Positions 23,935 to 33,526 of a stretch of 36,068 nt of DNA are shown one piece after another. Each line of letters opens with the position of its first letter. The stretch's first letter is position 1. The DNA is from a virus: UHGV virus genome UHGV-0187047. The stretch is one strand, 5' to 3'. The notes beneath the pieces were generated by a model. That model was given only the letters and a program-made list of their open reading frames with translations. It did no database searches and was not told the DNA's origin. A program made the position numbers and the translations under genes.

Positions 23935-24867
23935 ATGAAAATCAACATCAAGCAGAGGTTTAAGAACAAGACATTCGTGGTGTCGCTGATTACACTTGTT
24001 TTGGCGACAATTTATCAAATTCTCGGTATGTTCGATGTCGTACCTAAGGTGAGCGAGGATACATTGACAGGTGTCATAATGCTTGTCGTCAACTTCTTAT
24101 CGGCACTCGGAATACTCGTTGACCCGACAACTGAGGGATTGTCGGACTCGAAGAGAGCGCTTACATACGGTACGGAAGATGATGTAAGACAGAATGAAGA
24201 AACAGGCGGATATGCGGCAGGAATGCTTTTCTCCGGTCGTAACAGAGTAACGCAGCCTTACACATATAACGTGAACACCAAGCGAGGACACGGCGGCATA
24301 GACATAGTCGGAGATGACGATAGAACCGTCCACGCGGTAGAAGGCGGCACCGTATCGATGGTGTCTGTCTGGGACGGCAAAACAAAGACAGGAACGCAGA
24401 GCTACGGTAACCTTGTTGTTATAACCGATTCAACCGGTAAGCGACACTTCTACGCACATCTTGCGTCTATCTATATGCATAAGGGTCAGAGGGTATCTGC
24501 CGGTGATGTAGTCGGCATAATGGGAAATACCGGAAACAGCTTCGGTGCACACACTCATTACGAAGTTCGCACAGGTCAGGGCACGGTTACACGTATCAAT
24601 CCTGCCGAGTTCTGCGGCGTTCAGAACGCCAAGGGTACATATGTGAACAATGCGTCTACTGCGTCACCTGCTCCGTCACACAGAGGCACAGCCTACACTA
24701 TTACTTGCAAAATGTTATACGTCCGTAAAGGACCGGCTGTAAGGTATCGCCGAGTTGGGCAGTTCTCAAGAGGCGAGATATTCTATGTCGTGGCTCGTCA
24801 AGGTAACTGGTGTCAACTCGAAAGCGGCAACTGGATGTGCGCCGGAAAGTATCTTAAGAGAGTGTAA
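23935..24867 (+). CDS. Holin (phiLC3-like) fused to M23 peptidase endolysin and SH3b domain
   Basis: MKIN.K.RFKNK.F, 2 TM, G..VDPTT.G.SDS.RAL.Y. Then HGGID, YGN, YAHL, G.MGNTG.S.G.HTHYEVR. Then L.VR.GP...W..L.SG.W. Confidence 0.88.
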   Translation: MKINIKQRFKNKTFVVSLITLVLATIYQILGMFDVVPKVSEDTLTGVIMLVVNFLSALGILVDPTTEGLSDSKRALTYGTEDDVRQNEETGGYAAGMLFSGRNRVTQPYTYNVNTKRGHGGIDIVGDDDRTVHAVEGGTVSMVSVWDGKTKTGTQSYGNLVVITDSTGKRHFYAHLASIYMHKGQRVSAGDVVGIMGNTGNSFGAHTHYEVRTGQGTVTRINPAEFCGVQNAKGTYVNNASTASPAPSHRGTAYTITCKMLYVRKGPAVRYRRVGQFSRGEIFYVVARQGNWCQLESGNWMCAGKYLKRV

Positions 24868-25565
24868 TGTTTACAAGTTTATCGCAGTTTTATAACTCCG
24901 AAATCTGGAAAGCAACGCGCGCAAAAATCATAGAAGAACGTAAGGACGAATACGGCATTGTGCATTGTGAATACAGCGGCGTGCCGCTGATTAACGGATA
25001 TGACATAATCGCGCATCACAAAATACCGTTAACGCTTGACAATGTTAACGATTATTCCATTTCGTTAAATCCCGAAAACATAATGCTTGTCTCACATAAA
25101 GCACATAATGAAATACACAAACGCTTCGGGTATGGCTCGGGGCGCAAAGTGTATTACGTTTACGGTGCTCCGTGTTCGGGGAAAACAACCTTTGTGAATA
25201 ACATTAAAGGCAACAGCGATATTGTTTGTGACATAGACAGCATATGGCAGTGCTTGACGGGCGGCGAGCGATACGACAAGCCGACCGCTTTAAAACAAAA
25301 TGTATTTGAAGTGCAGCGCACCATTTTAGACATGGTTAAAAACCGCTTCGGCAATTGGGAACGCGCGTACATAATCGACGGCGGAGCGGCCAAAACTCCG
25401 CGCAACAATCGCATCAAGGATTTAGGCGCGGAGCCTATATTCATTGACACGGACAAAGAGACGTGTTTGAAGCGTTTGGCTTCAGACAAAACAAGAACGC
25501 AAACACAGCGTGAGGAGTGGCAGAGATACATTGATAAATGGTTTTCCGATTATCAAGAAGCGTAA
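24867..25565 (+). CDS. HNH endonuclease fused to a P-loop NTPase domain
   Basis: FY.S..WK..R, HHKIPL, N.ENI....HKAHN.IH, then VYGAPCSGKTT. Upstream of the terminase. Confidence 0.85.
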   Translation: MFTSLSQFYNSEIWKATRAKIIEERKDEYGIVHCEYSGVPLINGYDIIAHHKIPLTLDNVNDYSISLNPENIMLVSHKAHNEIHKRFGYGSGRKVYYVYGAPCSGKTTFVNNIKGNSDIVCDIDSIWQCLTGGERYDKPTALKQNVFEVQRTILDMVKNRFGNWERAYIIDGGAAKTPRNNRIKDLGAEPIFIDTDKETCLKRLASDKTRTQTQREEWQRYIDKWFSDYQEA

Positions 25566-25639
25566 TGCTTTTTTTGATAAATAAAATCTCCTTTTCTTTT
25601 GTGCCGATAACGCGGCGGCAAATAATACCGCGTTTCCTC

Positions 25640-25780
25640 CCGGAGATATCCCCCCGGTCACGCCGGAAATTGGGTGTCTTCCATACTGTGCGCCCCTCCT
25701 ACTTTTCGCACGGGGCAATTTTTTGAGAATCGAGAAGTTTTTGGCGAAACTTTTGAAAAAATAGGACCTTTTGAAAACTC
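25640..25780. other. Putative cos/packaging region
   Basis: Non-coding GC-rich patch between HNH and terS, followed by repeated CTTTTGAAAA (25750, 25768). Position typical of HK97-like cos phages. Confidence 0.4.
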
Positions 25781-25821
25781 TAAAAACAACATTAAAGAAG
25801 ATTATAACTGGGGGCTGAAAA

Positions 25822-26100
25822 ATGACTCGTTTTGAAGAATTGAAAAGTTACATTTCGGCCTTGCCCGATGACATACAAGCTATATTGACACCTGCACTGA
25901 AAGATATAGTCTACGAAGAAGAAATGCTGCGTAAATTCCGCGACAATCCAAAGACGAAAACAAACGCGGCGATGTATAAGGCTTACAGGCAGACAAAACA
26001 AATATATCAGGCTGATTTGAAAATGATATTGTGGCAGCTGCGGCAAAACGAAACATCGGCGGCTGATGATTTGTTATCAAGATTGGCAGAATTTGAATGA
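25822..26100 (+). CDS. terS: Probable terminase small subunit
   Basis: Helical 92-aa gene coupled (ATGA) to terL. Confidence 0.65.
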   Translation: MTRFEELKSYISALPDDIQAILTPALKDIVYEEEMLRKFRDNPKTKTNAAMYKAYRQTKQIYQADLKMILWQLRQNETSAADDLLSRLAEFE

Positions 26101-27755
26101 CATATCTTGAAGAATACAATTACTTGATACAAGGCAGACACGTTATTGCCGGCTATTGGATAAAAAAAGAGATCGAAAATCTTATCGAAGATTTGCAAAA
26201 CCCGGCTTATGTTTACGATACGGCCGAAGCGCATAAAAGAATTAAATTTATGCAGACTTTATGTCTCCAAAGCAAGCATCCGTATTTCGGAAAGCCTCTT
26301 GAGCTTATGCCGTGGCAGCTTGCTTTTTGGGAAGTTGTTTATTCATTAAAAATGAGTGATACAAATCTACGCCGATTTATAGAGGTGCTGCTCGAAATCG
26401 CAAGAAAAAACGGCAAAAGCACAATGTTAGCCGGCGACGGAAATACCGACTTGTTTATCGGCAACGGCGGTTCGGAAATTTGTTGCGCATCAAACGAAGA
26501 TAAACAGGCCAAATACATATGGCGAGAAATCGCCGGAATGCGTGACCGGTTGGATCCACAAAAGGCAATAACGAGCAAAAACCTAATTGAAATTCGAAAC
26601 GACCGAAAGAACATCATTATTTCGCGAATGTCGAGCAAAACGCAAAACAAGGATGGCGGAAACTATACAAAAACGTACCTTGACGAAGCGGAAGATATAG
26701 ATGAGGAAAACGGAAATAGCGAACTTGCAGAGTCATGCTGGCGCGGAATGTCAACAAAAGACGATCCTATATTTATAACTTGCACAACGCAAGGTTTCAG
26801 CCGTGATGGCTGCTTTTTGGATAAAAAAATCGCGCACGCAAAAGCGGTTATCGAAGGCGAAAAAGAAGACATACACTTTTTGCCTTTCCTTTATGAACAA
26901 GACAATGAACAAGAAATATGGCAAGACGAGAGCAGCTGGGAAAAGGCGAATCCGTCTTTGCGATACGGCGTTAAGAAAATGTCGAAACTCCGCCGAGACG
27001 TAAACCTTGCCCGGACAGATAAAGAAGCACGAATACATCTGCTTTGCAAAGACTTCAATATTAAACAAAACAGTGCGCAGGCGTGGCTTCGCTCTGAAGA
27101 CTTTATGTATTTACAAGAGAAAAAAAGCCTTGAAGATTTTCGCGGCTGTTTTTGCTTGGGTGCGCTTGACTGTTCGCAGACAACAGACCTTACGAATTTA
27201 AAGCTTTTATTCATGCGACCAAACGATAACACAAAATATGTTTTTTCACATTATTGGATTCCGGAAAGCAAGTTGACCGACAGCTCAGACAAGAGCGCGG
27301 GTGCTCGTTATGAAGAATGGGCGCAAGCAGGATATATAACGATAAGTAAAGGAAGTATCATCGATTTAACGGACGTAACACGCTACATCTCGGAGCTTAA
27401 AGACCTTTACAACATCCGCGTTTTAAAATGCGGATACGACAAAGCCTATGCTCGCGAATTCGAAAAGAGCATAGACGATTTAAGCCCGACTATGCGGGAG
27501 CCGATAAATCAAAAAGTTATGTCAACTCCTATGAAATGGGTTGAGCGTGATTTTGAAAATCACGTCATAAATTACGGGAACAATCCCGTCGACGCTTGGT
27601 GTTTAGGTAATGCTTGCTGTTATATTGACCGCCACGAAAATTACAGTTGCAAGAAATCACAGGCAAGCAAACGAATTGACGGAGCGGTTGTTTTTATAAT
27701 TCTTTACGCAACGCTCTTAAAGTTTAATTCTGAATTTCAAAACGCAATAAAATAG
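26097..27755 (+). CDS. terL: Terminase large subunit
   Basis: LMPWQ, IARKNGKS (Walker A), YLDE (Walker B), WEKANPSL, D.SQTTDLT, RIDG. Confidence 0.96.
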   Translation: MTYLEEYNYLIQGRHVIAGYWIKKEIENLIEDLQNPAYVYDTAEAHKRIKFMQTLCLQSKHPYFGKPLELMPWQLAFWEVVYSLKMSDTNLRRFIEVLLEIARKNGKSTMLAGDGNTDLFIGNGGSEICCASNEDKQAKYIWREIAGMRDRLDPQKAITSKNLIEIRNDRKNIIISRMSSKTQNKDGGNYTKTYLDEAEDIDEENGNSELAESCWRGMSTKDDPIFITCTTQGFSRDGCFLDKKIAHAKAVIEGEKEDIHFLPFLYEQDNEQEIWQDESSWEKANPSLRYGVKKMSKLRRDVNLARTDKEARIHLLCKDFNIKQNSAQAWLRSEDFMYLQEKKSLEDFRGCFCLGALDCSQTTDLTNLKLLFMRPNDNTKYVFSHYWIPESKLTDSSDKSAGARYEEWAQAGYITISKGSIIDLTDVTRYISELKDLYNIRVLKCGYDKAYAREFEKSIDDLSPTMREPINQKVMSTPMKWVERDFENHVINYGNNPVDAWCLGNACCYIDRHENYSCKKSQASKRIDGAVVFIILYATLLKFNSEFQNAIK

Positions 27756-27757
27756 GA

Positions 27758-28972
27758 GTGATTCACACGGGATTATTTGATTTGTTCAAATCGAAAAAGA
27801 AAAAACAAAGCGGGCTGACATATGCGCCGACGATGACCGGACATGCACCGTTTTACTCTTCTTTCGGAGAAAGCGTTTACGCTTCGGACATAATAGTTCA
27901 ATCAATCCGCTGTAAAGCGAATGAGTTCAAAAAACTCGACCCGCGACATATTCGGACAACTAACGGTAAACAATCGGTAGTGAGCGATAGCAGCATCGCA
28001 AAGGTCCTGAAAAGGCCGAATGGGTACATGACCACGGCTGACTTTTTGGAAAAAATAACAATTTTGCTTGAGCTTACAAAAAACGTGTTTATTTATCCGA
28101 CATTTTATAAAACAAACGGCGGCGAAAAATATTACACGGGGTTTTATCCGCTGAAGCCGTCTGAAGTTCAATATATGATCGACGCAGCAGGCAATTTGTA
28201 TTTGAATTTGAGATTTGCAAACGGTTATGAAATAACGCTTCCTTCAGATAGCGTTATACATTGGAGGAAAGATTACGGAGTCAATGATTATTTCGGCGGC
28301 GGAATGTTCGGCGGCGATGACAACTCCGGGCTCTTAACAATGCTTCAACGCTACGACCAATTGACGCAGAGCATCGCAAAAGCGGTTAAATGTTCTTGCC
28401 AAGTGAATGCGGCGGTAAAGGTAAATACATATGCCGAAACGGATGAGCTTAAGAAGAAACGCGAAGAATTTGAGGCTGATATTATAGACAATAAGAGCGG
28501 ACTACTTGTCATGGATCAATCAAGCGAATTTGTGAGCATTCCGCGAGATGTAAAGCTTGTTGATGCCGACACGCTCAAATTTTTTTATGACACAATTTTG
28601 CGCGCTAACGGGTGCAGCCTTGCAATACTTAACGGCGATTATACTAAGGCACAAAAAGAAGCTTATTACGAGCACGCACTCGAAGCTGATATAAAAGGCT
28701 TGGGACAGGCTATGTCGCGAGTGCTTTTTACTGAACGCGAGGCGGCATTCGGTAATGAGATAATCCTATATCCTAACGACATATCATTTATGTCGATGGA
28801 AAACAAATTGACAGCATTACAATTAGGGCTGCCTGCTGGCATATTCACAAAAAACGAAGCCCGCGAATTGCTGGGATATGCCCCTATCGAGGGCGGCGAC
28901 GTAATGCCGAGAGGCTATAACGAAGTAGACGCGACAGGTACAGGCGAAAGCGAGGAAAAAAACGATGAGTAA
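27758..28972 (+). CDS. Portal protein (HK97 family); true start possibly ACG at 27767
   Basis: L.RPN.YMT..DF, YPL.P, VIH.R, T.NEARELLG..PIEGGD. Confidence 0.92.
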   Translation: MIHTGLFDLFKSKKKKQSGLTYAPTMTGHAPFYSSFGESVYASDIIVQSIRCKANEFKKLDPRHIRTTNGKQSVVSDSSIAKVLKRPNGYMTTADFLEKITILLELTKNVFIYPTFYKTNGGEKYYTGFYPLKPSEVQYMIDAAGNLYLNLRFANGYEITLPSDSVIHWRKDYGVNDYFGGGMFGGDDNSGLLTMLQRYDQLTQSIAKAVKCSCQVNAAVKVNTYAETDELKKKREEFEADIIDNKSGLLVMDQSSEFVSIPRDVKLVDADTLKFFYDTILRANGCSLAILNGDYTKAQKEAYYEHALEADIKGLGQAMSRVLFTEREAAFGNEIILYPNDISFMSMENKLTALQLGLPAGIFTKNEARELLGYAPIEGGDVMPRGYNEVDATGTGESEEKNDE

Positions 28973-29633
28973 AAAAAGAAATGATTATTTTTTGCAGCGC
29001 GGTTTTACCGCCGAATTTAGAGCTGCGGGAGCTGATGACGGCAACACAGGACATATCGTCGAGGGCGTCGCGGCTGTCTGTGAGCAAGAAACATGCATAC
29101 AAGATTTTTCCGGCGAATTTATTGAGGTTATTCGAAAAGGCGCGTTTGACGAAACAAACTTTGATGACGTGCGCTTCTTAGTGAATCACGATTTCAACGG
29201 CATTGCTCTTGCCCGAAGCCGGCGAAATAATAAGAGTGATAAGCCTAACACAATGCAGCTTTTCGTAGACGATAACGGCGATGTAAATATTAAGGCTGAT
29301 CTTGACACAGCAAACAACGAACAGGCCCGTGCTCTCTATTCGGCCATAAGCCGCGGCGATTTGGACGGAATGAGCTTTTGCTTTTACGTTTCGGAATATA
29401 ATCAGAAATGGAGTGAGCGCGACGGAGTAATTGTTCGTGAAATATTGAAGGTCGATAAAGTTATCGAAGTTTCAGCTGTTAACTTCCCGGCATATGGGGG
29501 AACTAACATAGATAGCCGGTCGCTGGATAGTGACCGCCGAGCACTGGATAGGGCTCGTATCGCGTTGGATAACGCAAAAAAAACGAAGCCTGATTACAAG
29601 GCAAAAACTTTAATTACAATGTACAAAAAGTGA
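28965..29633 (+). CDS. HK97-family prohead protease
   Basis: EVIRKGAFD, FLVNHD, LARS, I.RGDLDGMSF.F, EVSAVNFPAY. Confidence 0.93.
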   Translation: MSKKRNDYFLQRGFTAEFRAAGADDGNTGHIVEGVAAVCEQETCIQDFSGEFIEVIRKGAFDETNFDDVRFLVNHDFNGIALARSRRNNKSDKPNTMQLFVDDNGDVNIKADLDTANNEQARALYSAISRGDLDGMSFCFYVSEYNQKWSERDGVIVREILKVDKVIEVSAVNFPAYGGTNIDSRSLDSDRRALDRARIALDNAKKTKPDYKAKTLITMYKK

Positions 29634-29637
29634 GGTA

Positions 29638-30903
29638 ATGAACATGAAAGAAAAACTCTTAAAGCTTTTAAACGCAAAAAAAGAGCAGCGAGACGCTCTT
29701 AACAAATCAATGATTGAGAGCGAGAACAAAGAAGAGCGCGCCGCTATCGGCGAAACTCTTAAAGCTCTTGGCGAAGAAATCAACGAAGTTGAAGAAATGC
29801 TCGCACAGGTTGACGAGCCCGCACCCGATGGGCCCGACGCAGGTGATAAGGGCGACAACTCTCGACAGCTTGACCCAATTGCAACGTTTAAAATGAGGGA
29901 TCAAAAACCGTCTGCTGTTAAAGACCGTTATGATACGGAGGAATACCGCCGCGCGTTTATGGACTTTGTTTGCAGGGGCATTAAAATTCCTGCTGAAATG
30001 CGCAAGGATGAAGTGACCAAAACAACAGATGCAAGCGCAGTTATCCCCACGACAATTCTTAATGAAATGGTTGTCGGACTTAAAAATTACGGCAATTTGT
30101 ATGCAAAGGTTCGTAAACTTAACATACAGGGCGGCGTGCAAATTCCGATTTTGTCGCTAAAACCGGAGGCTAAGTGGATTTCTGCCAATACCGCAACAAG
30201 CGAAAGTGACAAACAGAAGATAGCGTCTAATACAGCTGTTACATTTAATTATTATGGTTTGGAATGCAAAATTTCGCAGACTTTGCTCACAAATGTTACA
30301 ACGCTTGACATGTTCCAGCAGATGTTTATTCCGCTTGCAATGGAGGCTTTTGCGAAAGCTTGGGATATTGCAATAATCTCCGGCAGCGGTACGGGCGAAC
30401 CCTTAGGAATCACCAAGGATAGCCGAGTACCTACATCACAAGTAGTTACACTTGCTGCTGCTGACGTCGTTAAATGGGATGCGTGGAAGAAGAAAGTTTT
30501 TGCAAAAATTCCCTCCGCTTATCGTAGCGGTTCGTTCATTATGGCTCAGGGTACCTTTGACGGGTATATAGATGGAATGGTCGACAGCAACGGACAGCCG
30601 ATTGCACGCGTTAATTACGGAATTGAAAATGGCGAATCATACCGTTTTGGCGGCAAGGAGGTTGAAATTGTTGAACCAGAAGTAATAAAAGACTGGGATA
30701 GTGCAACGGGTAACGCTACGACTGGTGATGTTATTGCCATCTTTGCAAACCTGAACGATTATGCAATTAACAGTAATCTTGAAATGAAAGTCGTAAAATG
30801 GGAAGATAATGACAACAACGAAATCAAAAACAAAGTCATTCTCATCGCCGACGGAAAGCTTGTCGACCCTAACGGTGTAGTTATCGTTAAGAAAGGCGTA
30901 TAA
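29638..30903 (+). CDS. Major capsid protein (HK97 fold, N-terminal delta domain)
   Basis: Coiled-coil N-terminus, IPTTI, G.G.GEP.GI, D.NGQPI, DGKLVDP. Confidence 0.93.
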   Translation: MNMKEKLLKLLNAKKEQRDALNKSMIESENKEERAAIGETLKALGEEINEVEEMLAQVDEPAPDGPDAGDKGDNSRQLDPIATFKMRDQKPSAVKDRYDTEEYRRAFMDFVCRGIKIPAEMRKDEVTKTTDASAVIPTTILNEMVVGLKNYGNLYAKVRKLNIQGGVQIPILSLKPEAKWISANTATSESDKQKIASNTAVTFNYYGLECKISQTLLTNVTTLDMFQQMFIPLAMEAFAKAWDIAIISGSGTGEPLGITKDSRVPTSQVVTLAAADVVKWDAWKKKVFAKIPSAYRSGSFIMAQGTFDGYIDGMVDSNGQPIARVNYGIENGESYRFGGKEVEIVEPEVIKDWDSATGNATTGDVIAIFANLNDYAINSNLEMKVVKWEDNDNNEIKNKVILIADGKLVDPNGVVIVKKGV

Positions 30904-30906
30904 ACA

Positions 30907-31059
30907 ATGAGAACTATTGACGCATTAAAAGCCCTTGCTGTTGCGCTCGGTTGCGCAGCAAGTGTCGCAAAAGTAACAGGAAACACCGTCGACGAGGTTG
31001 TTAATTTTATCGCAGCAAATTTGCCCGACACCTACAAGGGCAAGGTTGCTGGAACTTAA
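30907..31059 (+). CDS. 50-aa small head-region protein
   Basis: Not in the ORF track. RBS GAAAGG. MRTIDALKALAVALGCAASVAKVTGNTVDEVVNFIAANLPDTYKGKVAGT fills the gap after the capsid gene. Confidence 0.65.
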   Translation: MRTIDALKALAVALGCAASVAKVTGNTVDEVVNFIAANLPDTYKGKVAGT

Positions 31060-31080
31060 TTTAAACAAGGAAGGGTTTAT

Positions 31081-31374
31081 GTGATGCAATTGACAGAAGC
31101 CGAAAGGCTTGCAAAAGTGAAATATGCTTTATACGGCAACGCAACGCAAAGTTATAACGACGAGCAGCTTAAATTATACATTGAAGAAGTGCTCGACGAA
31201 ATGATTCATGCCGGCGTTAAGGAAAATGTTGCAAAAAGCGCGGCGGCTGTCGGTTGTATCGCATGCGGCATTAATGATATCTGGAATTTCTCAAGCGGCA
31301 CCGTCAAGCACAGCGATTATTACAATCGAAGGCTTGTTCAACTTACTTTGAGAAGAGGCGACGAAGATGTATAG
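31081..31374 (+). CDS. Head-tail connector (gp6-like)
   Basis: L.KVK.AL...D.QL..YI......M..AGV, and position. Confidence 0.75.
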   Translation: MMQLTEAERLAKVKYALYGNATQSYNDEQLKLYIEEVLDEMIHAGVKENVAKSAAAVGCIACGINDIWNFSSGTVKHSDYYNRRLVQLTLRRGDEDV

Positions 31375-31723
31375 ACCGTCGGAAGCCGCACAAATGACGA
31401 CTGCAATTCAATTGCAGCAGCCGGTTAAGCCGGTTAAAACGAAGTCATACGGCGTTAGCCAAAAGTCATACAAGGATGTTGACGGCGTCGTTATGGCGAA
31501 TTTCAAAACATACGGCGGAACCGAAAAAACCGACAATGGAATTTTGTCAATTGAAGAAACAGCGCAAATCGTATGCCGGTATCGCCCGGACATAAAAAGC
31601 GATACCCGAGTAGTTCTTTTACAAACGGGTGCGATTTATGAAATTTTGGGCGAGCCGGAGAACATCGAAATGCGAAATATGTTTTTGAAATTCAAAATTC
31701 GCAGAATAAAAGGCGGTGCTTGA
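31367..31723 (+). CDS. Head closure / head-tail adaptor
   Basis: RYRPDI....RV.....YEI...ENI.MRN.FL. Confidence 0.8.
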   Translation: MYRPSEAAQMTTAIQLQQPVKPVKTKSYGVSQKSYKDVDGVVMANFKTYGGTEKTDNGILSIEETAQIVCRYRPDIKSDTRVVLLQTGAIYEILGEPENIEMRNMFLKFKIRRIKGGA

Positions 31724-31724
31724 T

Positions 31725-32156
31725 TTGGCAAAATCGGGGATCACTTTAAAGCTTGACGGTTTCGAGGAAATGTTGAAAGACATTGAAGCGGCAGGCGGTA
31801 CGATTAACAAGGCTGTCGATAGTACAATGAAGCAGTCGGCGCAGATTGTCCAAGCTGAATTAAAAAAGCAAATGCAGGGCGCAAGCCCTAAAGCAGTTGA
31901 CAGCGGATTGATAAATCGAATGTCGTCGTCCGTTAAATGGGAAGGTAATGTATGCACGGCAGAAGTAGGATATGAAAAAGGCAGCTATAATCCGAAAAAA
32001 CTCGATGACGGTTACAAGGCAGTTTTTATAAACTACGGGACACCGAGAATTGCGCCGAGGGGATTTATAGGCAAAGCAAAGGAAAAAGCAAAACAGCCTG
32101 TTAAAAAGGCGCAGGAGCAAACATTTAAAAAGATTTTAGAGAGGTTGCAAAAATGA
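31725..32156 (+). CDS. HK97 gp10-like neck protein
   Basis: TTG start after AAGGCGGTG. GFEEML..I, VGY, F.NYGTPR..PRGFI. Confidence 0.8.
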   Translation: MAKSGITLKLDGFEEMLKDIEAAGGTINKAVDSTMKQSAQIVQAELKKQMQGASPKAVDSGLINRMSSSVKWEGNVCTAEVGYEKGSYNPKKLDDGYKAVFINYGTPRIAPRGFIGKAKEKAKQPVKKAQEQTFKKILERLQK

Positions 32157-32500
32157 AAAGGTTGTTGATAAGTGAATTAAATAAATTCGGTTATCCTGTC
32201 TATTTGCAAGGCTCTTTAAACGCTGACAAAGCTTATCCCGACACCTTTATAACATTTTTCACTGATTATACAACGGACGGTTCGCATTATGAAAACAATG
32301 TTAATTCTATCGAATGGAATTTCAGCGTTATTCTTTATTCAAACAACCCGCAAATTGTAAATGAAACGCCGATTGAAATTATTAACACATTAAAGAAAGC
32401 GGGATTTATTCCGCAAGGCAAAGGACAGGACGTCTTTAGCGATGAACCGACACACACGGGGTGGGCTATGGACTTTAAATATCTTGAATATCAAAATTAA
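32153..32500 (+). CDS. Tail terminator / completion protein
   Basis: Position. YP.TFITF, LK.AGF. Confidence 0.7.
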   Translation: MKRLLISELNKFGYPVYLQGSLNADKAYPDTFITFFTDYTTDGSHYENNVNSIEWNFSVILYSNNPQIVNETPIEIINTLKKAGFIPQGKGQDVFSDEPTHTGWAMDFKYLEYQN

Positions 32501-32516
32501 AAAAGGTGGTTAGACT

Positions 32517-33146
32517 ATGGCACAGGAATACAGAGGTTGCAGAAAACTTGTTTATGCAGAGGTAAAGACCGATACAGCCGAGGGTATGACTTTTGGTGAA
32601 GTTAAGCCGTTCGCGCCTGTTCAGACTATAAGCAAGAATGTTGAATATTCAACGGCAACAAGCTATTACGATAATGTAGCACACAACACGAGAAAATCAG
32701 AGGGCGCAGACGAAACAGAGTTTACACACGCTGTACCGTCTGACGAAGTTATGGCAGATATTGAGGGCAAATATTACGATCCGACTACAGGAATTTATTC
32801 CGACAGCCCTATATCAAATAAAACCTTTGCAGTAGGTTATATTTTTGATGAAGAGGGCGATAGCGAGGAAGAAAATTTCTGTTGGAAGCTTAAAGGTACT
32901 TTCAAAGTCGGAAACGTTGAACATCAGACGATAGCTGACGGCACAGATGTAACAAATGTTACAACTACATTCGCCGCGATATATCCGCAGGCTACCTTTA
33001 CTCACGGCGGCGCAGACGGAACAGGTGGCAAGTCAAAGGGTGTACGCATTAAGAAATCTAAGGGAATTATGACCGAAGAGGAATTTTTCAAGACACCGCA
33101 GACTGTAGATACCGTTTTTACAGCCGCGAATAAAGGTAAAGTATAA
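32517..33146 (+). CDS. Major tail protein (phi13-like)
   Basis: G.RKL.YA, YYDN, FAVGY, WKLKG.F, and position. Confidence 0.85.
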   Translation: MAQEYRGCRKLVYAEVKTDTAEGMTFGEVKPFAPVQTISKNVEYSTATSYYDNVAHNTRKSEGADETEFTHAVPSDEVMADIEGKYYDPTTGIYSDSPISNKTFAVGYIFDEEGDSEEENFCWKLKGTFKVGNVEHQTIADGTDVTNVTTTFAAIYPQATFTHGGADGTGGKSKGVRIKKSKGIMTEEEFFKTPQTVDTVFTAANKGKV

Positions 33147-33229
33147 AAGGGGCAATATAAATGAAACTTGATAATTATATAAAGCCCGAAGCTGAGGACA
33201 AAAACACAGAACCGAAAGGATAAAAAATT

Positions 33230-33526
33230 ATGGCTAAATTTGAATTGCCGATTTATGGCGAAAATGACGAACTTGTTAAAACCTATACAACAGATCATAT
33301 CCGTTGGAAGCTTTTTATTAAAGCCGCAGAAATTCAAGAAAGCGCAAAATTAAACGGCGATAATACAGCGGATAAAATCGAACAAATATCCGATTTGCTT
33401 AAAAATGTTTTCACCGGCATAACCGACGAAGACCTTGAAAACGCTGATGTGGTAGATATATTCAGCACCTTTGAGCAGATTGCAAACATCGGCAATTCAA
33501 TTAAAGGCGGTAAAGCAAAAAAATAA
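33230..33526 (+). CDS. Tail assembly chaperone (gpG-like)
   Basis: Between the major tail and TMP genes. Ends in slippery A-AAA-AAA. Confidence 0.8.
   Translation: MAKFELPIYGENDELVKTYTTDHIRWKLFIKAAEIQESAKLNGDNTADKIEQISDLLKNVFTGITDEDLENADVVDIFSTFEQIANIGNSIKGGKAKK

Noticed and set aside
31420..31437. 9-bp tandem duplication GCCGGTTAA (PVKPVK) in the head-closure gene
   Set aside because: In-frame micro-duplication with no evidence of function.
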